From Clostridia bacterium (lineage in GTDB: Bacteria > Bacillota > Clostridia > Oscillospirales > CAG-382): a stretch of DNA of 63,750 bases. Both the position numbers and the translations under genes were made by a program. Location: assembly GCA_017397805.1 (NCBI GenBank), contig JAFQHW010000008.1, forward strand, positions 1 through 63,750, read 5' to 3'. Below, piece by piece: positions 46,317 to 56,266 of this stretch; within the stretch, counting starts at the first letter, position 1, and every line of letters begins with the position of its first letter. The notes below the pieces were generated by a model. It was given only the letters and a program-made list of their open reading frames with translations, ran no database searches and was not told the DNA's origin.

Positions 46317-47233
46317 TATAGAATATCCTCCAAGTTATAAGGAGTGTTTTGATAAACGAAGTAGTTAAGCCAGTTTGAAAACAATAAATGAGCGTGGGAG
46401 CGCCATTTGCTTACAGGCTGAAGGGAAGGGTCGTCGTTATCAAAATAATTTTTCGGGATTTCGGGATTAAGACCTCGGTCGATGTCCCTCAAATATTCGT
46501 TCTTCAAAGTTTCAGCATCATACTCACCGTGACCGAGTACAAATATACTGCGCCCGTCCTTAGAGGCGGCAAGATAAGGGCCGACCTCTTCGGAGTTTGC
46601 CAACAAAACAAGTTGTGGGCAGTTTTCTATCTCTTGGGAATAGATACCCGAATATCTCGAATGGGGGGCATAAAACCTTTCATCAAACCCTCTTACCAAG
46701 GGGTGAGAAGGAACAAGGGTATCATGTTTGAAAACCCCCGAAACCTTTTTCGGCAAAATATGCTTGTCGATTCCGTACTTATAATGGAGGCCCGCAAAAG
46801 CGCCCCAGCAAATATATAACGTGGAGTATACGTTGTGCTTCGTCCACTCCATTATCTCGCACAATTCTTCCCAATAGCTAACACTTTCAAACTCCATGGA
46901 TTCAAGGGGAGCGCCGGTGATTATAAAGCCGTCGAACTTGCTGTCCTTGATTTTGTCAAAAGTTGTATAGAAAGCTGTCAAGTGTTCTGCGGGCGTATTT
47001 TTTGCGGCATAGCTTGACGTAGTTAAAAGCGTAATATCTATCTGTAAAGGAGTGTTGGAAAGCAATCTTAACAGTTGGGTTTCAGTCACGATTTTCGTAG
47101 GCATTAAATTGAGAATAGCGATTTTTAATGGACGAATATCCTGCTTTTCTGCCCTGAAGCTTTCCATTGTGAAAATATTTTCTTTTTCAAGTATTTCGGC
47201 TGCGGGTAAAGAATTAGGTATTTTAATAGGCAT
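46316..47233 (-). CDS. metA: Homoserine O-acyltransferase MetA, probably acetyl-CoA specific
   Basis: QDIRPL, LNLMP, ITGAPLE (Glu at the specificity position), ICWGA, PHSR, WRSH. Confidence 0.92.
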   Translation of the reverse strand: MPIKIPNSLPAAEILEKENIFTMESFRAEKQDIRPLKIAILNLMPTKIVTETQLLRLLSNTPLQIDITLLTTSSYAAKNTPAEHLTAFYTTFDKIKDSKFDGFIITGAPLESMEFESVSYWEELCEIMEWTKHNVYSTLYICWGAFAGLHYKYGIDKHILPKKVSGVFKHDTLVPSHPLVRGFDERFYAPHSRYSGIYSQEIENCPQLVLLANSEEVGPYLAASKDGRSIFVLGHGEYDAETLKNEYLRDIDRGLNPEIPKNYFDNDDPSLQPVSKWRSHAHLLFSNWLNYFVYQNTPYNLEDIL

Positions 47234-47275
47234 AATAATCCCTCGTATACTTATCTATTTTTCCTATTAAGATTT

Positions 47276-47304
47276 ATTATACCATTTTATGCGCATTTTG
47301 GCAA
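47276..47304 (-). promoter_or_regulatory. Sigma-A promoter for metA-nad operon
   Basis: TTGCCA-17-TATAAT with TG extension on the minus strand. Confidence 0.6.
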
Positions 47305-47662
47305 TAGTTTTAGCGAATAAACCCCATTATTTTTGTTTGCTAAAGAAGGTGCGTGCCGGGTAATAAAGTTGCATTGAATTTTCGCCTTTTTGCACCTTGT
47401 TTTCAAACTCGCAATTTTAAATCTTTTGTGTATATTATGTTAATTAAAAGTTGCCTACAAGCATATTTCATACTTAATTTAGCTAAGTCGGTTAACATAA
47501 TGAAAATTAGGATTTTATGGAAAAATATGGAAATTTTCCCTATTGCAATCTGTGGCATTTGATGATATGATTGTGTCAAAGCAACCACAACATATAGCAC
47601 ATTTCGACAAATCACTTACCTTTTGTGGTGTATAATGAATAAAAAATAACGGAGATGAGATT

Positions 47663-48007
47663 GTGACTAAAATTAGAACTTATAAAAAGTTTACCCTTGT
47701 TTACAACTTGGAAGAGACAGACGGTAAATATTTGATTTCCATAATCAAGGACGGCGGTGGATCGGAGGAGCGCAGTTCCTATACCGTTTGGGGTGACGAA
47801 CGGGAATTAAAAGCGCTTCTGTGCCGAATGTGGGGATGCAGTGTAACGCCCATGAGTCTGAAATACATTCTTCAGGATGAAGGCTTTTTGCCGCAGGAAG
47901 TGGAAGAAAGCAAGCTTATACATATACCGGCAACGATTGCAAAACGCAAACCGATAAGCGAGGTTGCTTCTGACGAGATGGTAAAGGTGCTTACGGGCAA
48001 GGCTTAA
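47663..48007 (+). CDS. Hypothetical protein, DUF6514-like
   Basis: GGAG RBS; YLISII...VTPMSLKYILQD pattern resembles the clostridial DUF6514 family (recalled, not searched). Confidence 0.5.
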   Translation: MTKIRTYKKFTLVYNLEETDGKYLISIIKDGGGSEERSSYTVWGDERELKALLCRMWGCSVTPMSLKYILQDEGFLPQEVEESKLIHIPATIAKRKPISEVASDEMVKVLTGKA

Positions 48008-48054
48008 AGGCTTGATAGTTAAGCTTCAGTTAATATTCAAAGTGTATATTTCCT

Positions 48055-48510
48055 ATGACGAGTATTAAGGAGATGAATGTTTTGAGTTATAACTACAATG
48101 GATACAGACCGAGCTTTAAGGAGCGAATTTACCGTTTCTTCAGCGGAAGAAACGGTTCGGATGCGTTAGCGTTCGCTTTTATTGCCCTTTATTTTGTTGT
48201 TTGCGTGATAAATGTTTTCGTATCATCAATCGTATTAACCATTTTTGGCTGGCTTTTGCTTTTTTATGCATGGTTTCGCGTTTTGTCTAAAAACGTTTAT
48301 AAACGGAGAATGGAAAACGAGAAGTTCCGCAGGCTATTATTTAAATTTACAAACTTTTTTAAAATAAAGCTTCGCGCGTTTAAGGAACGCAAAATTTATG
48401 CCTACAGAAAATGCCCTTCTTGTAAATCAACTCTTAGGTTGCCGAAAAAGAAGGGAAAGCACGGTACGCGCTGTCCCCGTTGCCATAAGGAATTTTCGGT
48501 AAAAATATAG
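48055..48510 (+). CDS. Membrane protein with C-terminal zinc finger
   Basis: GRNGSD, two TM, CPSC...CPRC. Confidence 0.7.
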   Translation: MTSIKEMNVLSYNYNGYRPSFKERIYRFFSGRNGSDALAFAFIALYFVVCVINVFVSSIVLTIFGWLLLFYAWFRVLSKNVYKRRMENEKFRRLLFKFTNFFKIKLRAFKERKIYAYRKCPSCKSTLRLPKKKGKHGTRCPRCHKEFSVKI

Positions 48511-48521
48511 TTTAAGGTGCA

Positions 48522-48549
48522 AAAAAGTGGCTCAAACGAGCCACTTTTT
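48522..48549. terminator. Bidirectional terminator
   Basis: AAAAAGTGGCTC / GAGCCACTTTTT. Confidence 0.75.
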
Positions 48550-48563
48550 CGATTGAATGCAAT

Positions 48564-49814
48564 TTATTTATTATTCTCACACTCTTGTGCTGCCAGCATA
48601 ATGCCATATCGACCGCTTTCGTAGGTCAATCCGCCCTGCATAAATACCGTGTAGGGCGGTCTGATCGGTGCATCGGCTGACAATTCCAGCGATGAGCCTT
48701 GCGTGAAAGCACCCGCAGCCATAACTACGGGGCTTGTATAGCCGGGCATATCCCATGGTTCGGGAGTAACGAAGGAATCCACCGGTGAACCTTTTTGTAT
48801 TCCTTTGCAGAACGCACAAACGCCTTCTGCGCTTCCCATGGAAACCGTTTGTATTATGTCGGTGCGATACTCGCCGGGTTTGGGATTAACGTCGTATCCC
48901 AATGCGTCGAAAAGCATTGAAGCGAATGCGGCGGTCTTTTTGGCTTGACATACGGCGTGGGGAGCGAAGAAAAGCCCCTTTATGATGTTTTTCGTTTGAC
49001 CCAAGGAAGCTCCGCATTCAAGGCCGATTCCCGGCACCGTAAGACGTGCGGCGGCTAAATCAATAGCTTTTTGAGAACCGACTAAATACGCACCGCTTTC
49101 GGCGATACCGCCACCGGGGTTTTTGATCAGCGAGCCTATCAAAAGGTCGCCCTTCGGTTCTTTTTTCTCACAAAACTCACCGTAGCAGTTATCTATAACT
49201 ACAAATACGTTAGGCTTAATGGATTTAACGAAATCGTAAAGCTCGTCTATTTGTGCGCTTCTCAGACTTGCTCTGTTCATATATCCCTTCGAACGCTGTG
49301 CGTAAACTATCTTAACGCCGGGGTTTGCTTCAAGCTCTGATTTTATGGAATCAAAGTCGAAGCTTTTGCCGTCGATAAGCTCGATTTGCTTATATTTAAT
49401 GCCGAAATCAGCCAAACAGCCGTCTTCAGCTGCATCGCCTATTCCTATAACTCCATCTAAGGTGTCGTAGGGCTTACCCGTTACGGAAAGCATGGTATCG
49501 TTAGGGCGTAACAGCGCAAACAGACCTATACCCAAAGCGTGTGTGCCCGATGCTATGCTATGTCTTACGAAACCGCTTTCGGTACCGAACATCATGGAAT
49601 ATGCTTTGTCAGCCAGTTCTCTGCCGTCATCGTTATATCCGTATCCGCTTGTGGGATTAAAATGTCTTTCTGCTAACTGAAGGGTGTTAAAAACCTTTAA
49701 AACCCGTTCGGTGTTATAAGCTGATACGGCTTCGTATTCATCAAATTCGTTCCTCAAATTTCTTTCGCATTCCGCGGCCAAATCCAATAATCTTTTGGAA
49801 AACATATTATTCAA
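48564..49814 (-). CDS. PLP-dependent methionine gamma-lyase family / aluminium resistance protein (YnbB-like)
   Basis: SGYGYNDDGR, SGTHA, GKPYDTL, DNCYGEF, GSLIKNPGGG, ELSADAP, QGGLT. Confidence 0.88.
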   Translation of the reverse strand: MNNMFSKRLLDLAAECERNLRNEFDEYEAVSAYNTERVLKVFNTLQLAERHFNPTSGYGYNDDGRELADKAYSMMFGTESGFVRHSIASGTHALGIGLFALLRPNDTMLSVTGKPYDTLDGVIGIGDAAEDGCLADFGIKYKQIELIDGKSFDFDSIKSELEANPGVKIVYAQRSKGYMNRASLRSAQIDELYDFVKSIKPNVFVVIDNCYGEFCEKKEPKGDLLIGSLIKNPGGGIAESGAYLVGSQKAIDLAAARLTVPGIGLECGASLGQTKNIIKGLFFAPHAVCQAKKTAAFASMLFDALGYDVNPKPGEYRTDIIQTVSMGSAEGVCAFCKGIQKGSPVDSFVTPEPWDMPGYTSPVVMAAGAFTQGSSLELSADAPIRPPYTVFMQGGLTYESGRYGIMLAAQECENNK

Positions 49815-50799
49815 TACCTTCTGTTACCAAAGTTGTAAGAAGCTTTTCGCAAGCCTCTGCATCTTTTAAATCTATCGTTTCAACGGGGGAGTGGATATAG
49901 CGTGTAGGTATGGAAATGCATCCTGCGTGAGAGCCACTGCCGGTAACCTGCATGGAACGTGTGTCGGTTCCGCCCCCTTCAAGTATCTCAAGCTGATATT
50001 TAATGCCGTTGCGTTTAGCGCAGTTTACCATGGAATCCACCATAAACTGGGAGCAAATAACGGAAGAGTCCATAAGCTTGATAGCCGCACCGTTACCTAA
50101 TTTTACTTCCATCGCTTTTGCACCCACCGTATCACCGGTAGCGGTAACGTCGATGGCTATTGAATAATCGGGCATTATACCGAAAGCGGCGGGCAAAGAG
50201 CCTCTGAGTCCCACTTCTTCCTGAACTGTGAATACGTAATACGTATCGTAAGCAGGTGTCTTTGCGTTTTTGCAAGAAACGGAGGCGATAGCGCATCCAA
50301 GTCTGTCATCAAGGGCTTTTGCGGCAATTCGCTTGCCCATAAGTCTTGTTAAATTTGCAACAGGGGCACATAAATCGCCTACTGCAACTTTTTTCATTGC
50401 TTCCTTTTTGGAAGAAGCTCCGATGTCGATAACCAAATCCTTAACTTTATAGTCCTTCTTAACGGAAGTGTCAATAACGGTAACACCCTTGGTTCCGTTT
50501 TCAAACTTTACGGTTTGATAGGAGCTGTATATGGGGTTGATGCCGCCTACGTTTGAAACTCTTACGTATCCGTTATCGTCAATAGCGGTAACGATAAATC
50601 CTATTTCGTCCATATGAGATGCTATCATAAGTTTTTTAGCACTGCTTTTTCCCTTTTTGAATGCGATAACGTTGCCCATTGCATCTACTTTGATGCTGTC
50701 GGTATAGGGTTTAAGTTCTTCGCAAATAAGATTTGCCAAATATTTTTCTCTGCCTGATACGGAAAACGCTGAAGTATATCTTTTAATTGTTTCGTACAT
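49807..50799 (-). CDS. M42 family aminopeptidase
   Basis: SHMDE, ALDDR, VQEEVG, IAIDV, GGTD, RYIHS. Confidence 0.9.
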   Translation of the reverse strand: MYETIKRYTSAFSVSGREKYLANLICEELKPYTDSIKVDAMGNVIAFKKGKSSAKKLMIASHMDEIGFIVTAIDDNGYVRVSNVGGINPIYSSYQTVKFENGTKGVTVIDTSVKKDYKVKDLVIDIGASSKKEAMKKVAVGDLCAPVANLTRLMGKRIAAKALDDRLGCAIASVSCKNAKTPAYDTYYVFTVQEEVGLRGSLPAAFGIMPDYSIAIDVTATGDTVGAKAMEVKLGNGAAIKLMDSSVICSQFMVDSMVNCAKRNGIKYQLEILEGGGTDTRSMQVTGSGSHAGCISIPTRYIHSPVETIDLKDAEACEKLLTTLVTEGIE

Positions 50800-50801
50800 A
50801 A

Positions 50802-51824
50802 TTATATCTCCTTTATATTATCGGCTATAAGTCTTGCTAAGGACAAAACTTCGTCAAAATCAGATGTTTTAGCAACGCATGACGCGGAATGGATATATCT
50901 TACCGGTGCGGATATTGCAAGTACCTTGCAACCATTACCTGTGGTTTGATAGGACCTGGCTTCGTTTCCTCCGCATACGGTGGTTTTTACTTGATACTTT
51001 ACGTCGTTTTCTTCTGCTATTGATACAGCCTTTTCAAAGAAATCTCTGTCGTATATAGTTCCACCGTCCATAACGGAAAGCACGGCACCTTTTCCTACGC
51101 AACAAGCTCTCCTTGCTTCGCTGATGCCTGGCATATCTCCTGCGGTGGTGCTCTCGATGATAACTGCTTTGTCAGCATTGAGGGCAAAGGCCGCAGATAA
51201 AGCACCGCGACATCCCGTTTCTTCGCATACAGTGAACACGAATACCGTATCCAACTCTCTGTCTTCTTTAATCATTTGACAAAGAACCGCGCATCCGAAA
51301 CGGTCGTCAATAGCTTTTGATTTTACGAATCCGTCGCCGAATTCTTCGAAATTTGGAACGAAAGTTGCCAAATCGCCTACCGAAACGTATTTTTCCGCAT
51401 CTTCTTTGGTGGTACATCCGATATCAATGTACATTTCTTCAACGGGGATGCATTTACCGCGCTCCTCGCGCTTTTGCATATGAACGGCTTTGGATGCGAT
51501 AACACCTAGAATCTTGTTGTCGCCTATAATCAGTCTTCTTGCGCCCAAAACGCTGTTGTTCACGCCGCCGATGGTATCAAAATACAAATATCCGTCATCG
51601 GAAATGTATTGTATCATCACGCCGACTTCATCCATGTGCGCGGAAAAAACCATAGGTTTTTCAACGGATTTTTTGCCTTTTTTGAATGCAATCAGGTTGC
51701 CCACCTTATCGGTATATAATTTCTCACAATAAGGGGAAATTTCTTCAATTATCGCTTCTCTGACTAAATCTTCGTAAGAAGAAGGCCCGAATAAATTACA
51801 AAGTTTTTCCGTAAGCTTTAACAT
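50802..51824 (-). CDS. M42 family aminopeptidase
   Basis: AHMDE, AIDDR, VCEETG, RYIHS. Confidence 0.88.
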   Translation of the reverse strand: MLKLTEKLCNLFGPSSYEDLVREAIIEEISPYCEKLYTDKVGNLIAFKKGKKSVEKPMVFSAHMDEVGVMIQYISDDGYLYFDTIGGVNNSVLGARRLIIGDNKILGVIASKAVHMQKREERGKCIPVEEMYIDIGCTTKEDAEKYVSVGDLATFVPNFEEFGDGFVKSKAIDDRFGCAVLCQMIKEDRELDTVFVFTVCEETGCRGALSAAFALNADKAVIIESTTAGDMPGISEARRACCVGKGAVLSVMDGGTIYDRDFFEKAVSIAEENDVKYQVKTTVCGGNEARSYQTTGNGCKVLAISAPVRYIHSASCVAKTSDFDEVLSLARLIADNIKEI

Positions 51825-51836
51825 TTTCTTACCTCC

Positions 51837-52856
51837 TTACAGCGATTTAGCCAAAGCGGCTAATGCTTTAGCTATATTTTCCAAATCTCCCAAAGTTGCA
51901 GTCTCCGCTTGCGTGTGCATATTCTTCAGAGGAACCGATATAAGCGCAGTGGGGATGCCGTCTCTTGCTATTTGCAGTACGTGAGCATTGGTGCCGGTTC
52001 TTCCCGGCTCTCCTACGATTTGATGAGGGATGTTTTCCTTGTTCAACACCTCGATAAAGTGCTTTGTAAAAGGACGGGAGGTGGTGCCTGAATAAGAAAT
52101 AACACCGCCGCCTCCTAATTTGTTACCCATCTTTCTAATGGGGGCTTCGGGTATATAGGAGTTTGTAACGTCTATAGCAACCGCATAATCGGGTGCGGCT
52201 TTAAACGCAGCTGTGGTAGCGCCGATGTATCCAATTTCCTCGCCGCCGCTGAACTGTGCGATAATATCCACGTTAAGGTCTTCGCCATCTAACAAGTCAA
52301 AGGCTTCAAGAATCGTGCACATGGAGATTTTATCGTCCATGCTCTTACCGACGATATGTCCATTCAAAAGCTTTTCTGTGGTCGTTTTATACGTTACAAC
52401 CGTGCCTATGGGAGTGTTTTCCTCCAAGTATTCCTTGGACATGCCCGTATCTATATACATATCGTTCAAAAACAGCTTTTCGTTGTCATCACTCTCGCGT
52501 AAGTGGGGAGGGGTGGATGCAAAAACGCCTGCGATTTTTTCTTTGCCGTGTATCCATACCTCTGCGGCGGATAACACCTTGGTATCGGTACCGCCTATGC
52601 CCGATACTTTCAAAAAGCCTCCGTCGCAAATCTTTTTAACCATAAAACCGATCTCGTCCAAATGCGCATCGAACAATATGCTTTTGGCATTGGGTTTTCC
52701 GCAACGACGTATGCCTACAAAGCTACCCGTAGGCGTGGTGAAAATTTCATCAAACATATGACCGAAGCGCTCTTTTAGTTCCTCAAAAGCTACGTGCTCT
52801 CTTCCGGAAACGGCGCAAATTTCGGTAATGGTTTTTGCTCTTTTAAAAAGCTCCAT
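51837..52856 (-). CDS. M42 family aminopeptidase
   Basis: AHLDE, SMDDK, GEEIG, VAIDV, NMHT. Confidence 0.88.
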   Translation of the reverse strand: MELFKRAKTITEICAVSGREHVAFEELKERFGHMFDEIFTTPTGSFVGIRRCGKPNAKSILFDAHLDEIGFMVKKICDGGFLKVSGIGGTDTKVLSAAEVWIHGKEKIAGVFASTPPHLRESDDNEKLFLNDMYIDTGMSKEYLEENTPIGTVVTYKTTTEKLLNGHIVGKSMDDKISMCTILEAFDLLDGEDLNVDIIAQFSGGEEIGYIGATTAAFKAAPDYAVAIDVTNSYIPEAPIRKMGNKLGGGGVISYSGTTSRPFTKHFIEVLNKENIPHQIVGEPGRTGTNAHVLQIARDGIPTALISVPLKNMHTQAETATLGDLENIAKALAALAKSL

Positions 52857-52868
52857 GTAATCCTCCTT

Positions 52869-54209
52869 TTATAGTTCGTTAACTAATTTTTTGTATATAT
52901 TTCCGCGTTCTGCGAAGTTTTTAAACATATCAAAGCTTGCGGCGGCAGGGGAGAGGATGACCGTATCTCCCACTTCTGCAACAGCCTTTGCTTTTGACAC
53001 TGCATCCCACATATCCGTTGCTTCAAGCACGGAGCCTTCGTATTTGCATTCTGATAATATGTCTTTAATTTTTGGACCCGTGTGTCCCATTAAAATTACG
53101 GCTTTTGCCTTTCGTTTAAATAAATCTCCCAAAGGATCCAAGGGTATTTTTTTGTCATAACCTCCGGTTATAACTATCAACTTATTCTTAAAGGATTCAA
53201 GTGCGGCTTTTGTTCTGCTTGGACTTGAGTCGATGGAGGAGTTGTAGTATTTTACCCCGTTTAATTCTCTTACAAGCTCTATTCGGTGTTCAACACCGCC
53301 AAAGGTTTTAGCTAAGCTTTTGATACTGTCTATCGAAACCAAGCCTTCGGTTGCCGCAATGGCTGCAGCAAAATTTTCTCTGTTATGGGCACCGGGCAAT
53401 AATATATCGTCGTCGGCAAGAATAAGCTTTTCGCCGTTGTATATACCGTCAGAATGGATAGAGTAATCTCCTTTTCCGACGCCAAAGCTTCTTAAAACGC
53501 CGTTGTATTCTGAGGACAGAGTGTTCGTTACGGTGTTGGAAAGATTAAATACACACACCCCGTTATTCCCCTGAAAAGCAAAAATGTTGCGTTTTGCATT
53601 TATGTATTCCTCCATATCGCCGTGCCAATCCAAGTGGTTGGGGGCGATATTGGTAATCACGGCTATTTGTGGGGAAACGGACATTTTCATAAGCTGAAAG
53701 CTTGAAAGCTCGATTACCGCATAATCATCGGGTTTTATATCGTCCAAGCAGGCGAACAGGTTTTTTCCTATGTTTCCGCCTAAATGTACGGTGTAACCTT
53801 CAGCTTCCAAAAGCTTCGCGATCAGTGTCGTGGTGGTGGTTTTTCCGTCACTGCCTGTAACGCCTATCGTTTTGCACGGGCATAGCTTTATAAACTCTTG
53901 CATTTCCGTTGTAACTACGGTTCCGTTGCTTTTTGCGGCTATAAATTCGGGCATAAATTGCTTAACACCCGGGGATAAGAACAATACGTCTTCGTCGATT
54001 CCTTCCAAATACTTATCACCAACAAAGCATTCAACTCCCAAAGATGCTAATTCTTCACCAAATTCTCCCTTGGTTATGTCCTTGGCATCTCTAACGGTTA
54101 TGTTGATACGGTGCTTGGAAAACAGGCGAATTATCGGCATATTACTGATTCCAACGCCCACAAACCCTACTTTTCGGTTTGCATAGCTTTTTATGTATTC
54201 TTCTAACAT
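52869..54209 (-). CDS. murD: UDP-N-acetylmuramoyl-L-alanine--D-glutamate ligase
   Basis: GVTGSDGKTTT, GGNIG, ELSSFQL, NHLDWH, GVEHRIE, LSPAAASFDMFKNF. Confidence 0.95.
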   Translation of the reverse strand: MLEEYIKSYANRKVGFVGVGISNMPIIRLFSKHRINITVRDAKDITKGEFGEELASLGVECFVGDKYLEGIDEDVLFLSPGVKQFMPEFIAAKSNGTVVTTEMQEFIKLCPCKTIGVTGSDGKTTTTTLIAKLLEAEGYTVHLGGNIGKNLFACLDDIKPDDYAVIELSSFQLMKMSVSPQIAVITNIAPNHLDWHGDMEEYINAKRNIFAFQGNNGVCVFNLSNTVTNTLSSEYNGVLRSFGVGKGDYSIHSDGIYNGEKLILADDDILLPGAHNRENFAAAIAATEGLVSIDSIKSLAKTFGGVEHRIELVRELNGVKYYNSSIDSSPSRTKAALESFKNKLIVITGGYDKKIPLDPLGDLFKRKAKAVILMGHTGPKIKDILSECKYEGSVLEATDMWDAVSKAKAVAEVGDTVILSPAAASFDMFKNFAERGNIYKKLVNEL

Positions 54210-54262
54210 AAAAGTCACCTCAAATATTTATTATATACCAAATAAAAAAGATAATCAACCGT

Positions 54263-54291
54263 TTGACAAAAATAAATTTTTATTGTATAAT
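54263..54291 (+). promoter_or_regulatory. Consensus sigma-A promoter of rnpB
   Basis: TTGACA-17-TATAAT. Confidence 0.75.
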
Positions 54292-54300
54292 GTTCTGACA

Positions 54301-54643
54301 ACCGCATCGGACAGTCGCGCGCGGCATACCGAAAGGGACCGTTGTGAGGAAAGTCCGGGCTTCGCAGGGCAGGATAACGGATAACATCCGCCGAAGGCGA
54401 CTTCAGGGCCAGTGCAACAGAAATAAACCGCCGTACCTCGGTACGGTAAGGATGGAAAGGCGAGGTAAGAGCTCACCGGTGCGGCGGAGACGTCGCAGCC
54501 ATGTAAACCCTATCCGAAGCAACACCGCATAAAGGGGCGTTAATGCTTGCCCGGCAGCTCCTATAGGTGGCAAAGAAATGCATGGTAACATGCATTCAAG
54601 ATAGATGACTGTCTTTCAACAGAACCCGGCTTACAGATGCGGT
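54301..54643 (+). ncRNA. rnpB: RNase P RNA, type A
   Basis: GAGGAAAGTCCGGGC, AGTGCAACAGAAA, GGTAAGAGC, AACAGAACCCGGCTTA; terminal helix ACCGCATC/GATGCGGT. Confidence 0.95.
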
Positions 54644-54703
54644 TGTTTTACTATTGATGTTTAGTCTGTATAATCAGTACATTATATTTGTTAGGGTGTT
54701 TTT

Positions 54704-55813
54704 ATGCTTATAAAACTTGAACAGTGTAAACCTGAAGTTAAGGAAATGGAGCAAGGAATTGCGGCCTTACGAATTTCCGTTAACGCTGATGCGTTGGCAG
54801 AAGAGGTAAGTGCGCTTGAGGAGCAGACCAATGCGGGTGATTTTTGGTCTAATCCCGAAGCCGCACAGCATTTGTTGCGCACTTTAAAGCTTCGCAAGTC
54901 CGCTTTAGACTCGTTTTTGAATCTTGAGAATAGATTCGTTGATTTTTCCGAACTGTTTTTTATGACTATCGAAGAAGATGATGAAACGATGGTCGACGAC
55001 TTGATTTCTGAGTTTGCTTCCATAAAAAAACAGTACGAAGAAGAAAAAATCAAGATATTACTTTCCGGTGAATATGACAACAGCAACTGCATAGTTTCTA
55101 TACATCCCGGCGCGGGCGGCACCGAGGCGCAGGATTGGGCGCAAATGCTTTACAGAATGTATACCCGCTATGCCGAGAGAAAGAATTTCAAGGTCAAGGT
55201 GTTAGATTATCTTGACGGTGATGAAGCGGGCATAAAAAGTGTTACCTTTCTTGTGGAAGGTGAGAACGCCTACGGGTATTTGAAGGGGGAGAACGGGGTT
55301 CACCGCTTGGTGCGTGTTTCTCCTTTTGATGCTTCGGGCAGAAGGCACACGTCTTTTGCTTCCGTTGAGGTAATGCCTGAATTTAACGACGATATGACTA
55401 TCGAAATTCGTGACGAAGACTTGAAGTTGGACCATCACCGTTCCAGCGGTGCAGGCGGTCAGCACGTTAACAAGACCGACTCGGCGGTAAGAATTACGCA
55501 TATACCTACAGGTATCGTAGTTAACTGTCAAACAGAGAGAAGCCAAGTGCAGAATAAAGAAACGGCAATGAAGATGCTTAAAAGTAAGCTTCTTGAAATT
55601 AAGGAGAGGGAGCATCTTGATAAAATCGACGATATAAAAGGCGTTAAGATGAATATTGAATGGGGAAGTCAGATTCGTTCTTACGTGTTTATGCCTTATA
55701 CTCTCGTTAAGGATAACCGAACAAATTGCGAAACAGGTAATATTACCGCGGTAATGGACGGCGAAATTGATGATTTTATCAGTGAATACCTTAAAATGAA
55801 GTGTCAAAACTAA
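54704..55813 (+). CDS. prfB: Peptide chain release factor 2
   Basis: GAGGTEAQDW, SPF anticodon-mimic motif, GAGGQHVN, WGSQIRSY. Confidence 0.95.
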   Translation: MLIKLEQCKPEVKEMEQGIAALRISVNADALAEEVSALEEQTNAGDFWSNPEAAQHLLRTLKLRKSALDSFLNLENRFVDFSELFFMTIEEDDETMVDDLISEFASIKKQYEEEKIKILLSGEYDNSNCIVSIHPGAGGTEAQDWAQMLYRMYTRYAERKNFKVKVLDYLDGDEAGIKSVTFLVEGENAYGYLKGENGVHRLVRVSPFDASGRRHTSFASVEVMPEFNDDMTIEIRDEDLKLDHHRSSGAGGQHVNKTDSAVRITHIPTGIVVNCQTERSQVQNKETAMKMLKSKLLEIKEREHLDKIDDIKGVKMNIEWGSQIRSYVFMPYTLVKDNRTNCETGNITAVMDGEIDDFISEYLKMKCQN

Positions 55814-55874
55814 AAATGACATCTATAATGTAGGATGTACGGTGTGCTTATGCACCAAAAAACGGAGGTAATTT

Positions 55875-56165
55875 ATGAAAAGACTTAAAGCGCTTGCCGG
55901 CATTTGTTTGTGTTTTCAGGCAATAACTTTTTTTGTGATGCTTATTATGGTTCCAACGAACAATAAAAAGAGAGCACTTGCTCTCGGCGCGTTGGCGGCA
56001 GGTTGCGGAATCGCGGGTGCCTATTTATTACTTAAGGAATCCAAGAACTATGAACCTTCCGGCTGTTGCTGTTGCGAAGAAGATTATGACGAGTCGTTCG
56101 AGTTTGAAGAGTTCCCGGATGATATAGATTTTTCTTTTACTGACGACGAGCTTGCAGTTGATTAA
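55875..56165 (+). CDS. Small two-TM hypothetical protein with CCCC run and acidic tail
   Basis: GGAGG RBS, two hydrophobic segments, GCCCCEEDYDE. Confidence 0.65.
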   Translation: MKRLKALAGICLCFQAITFFVMLIMVPTNNKKRALALGALAAGCGIAGAYLLLKESKNYEPSGCCCCEEDYDESFEFEEFPDDIDFSFTDDELAVD

Positions 56166-56266
56166 CCATTCTAAATTTGTTATAAATACTTATAGGTTTA
56201 GAAGGGTGCTTGTCGGCACCCTATCCTATTTATATTTATTGTTTGAATTGAAAGGAAGATTTTGTT

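Noticed and set aside
47603-47609. Spo0A box-like TTCGACA upstream of the DUF6514-like gene (also TGTCGAA at 30672)
   Set aside because: Single 7-mers occur by chance; not supportable without comparative data.
54193-54591. Short ORFs overlapping 54193-54591 and 60291-60836
   Set aside because: Explained by the RNase P RNA and tmRNA genes.
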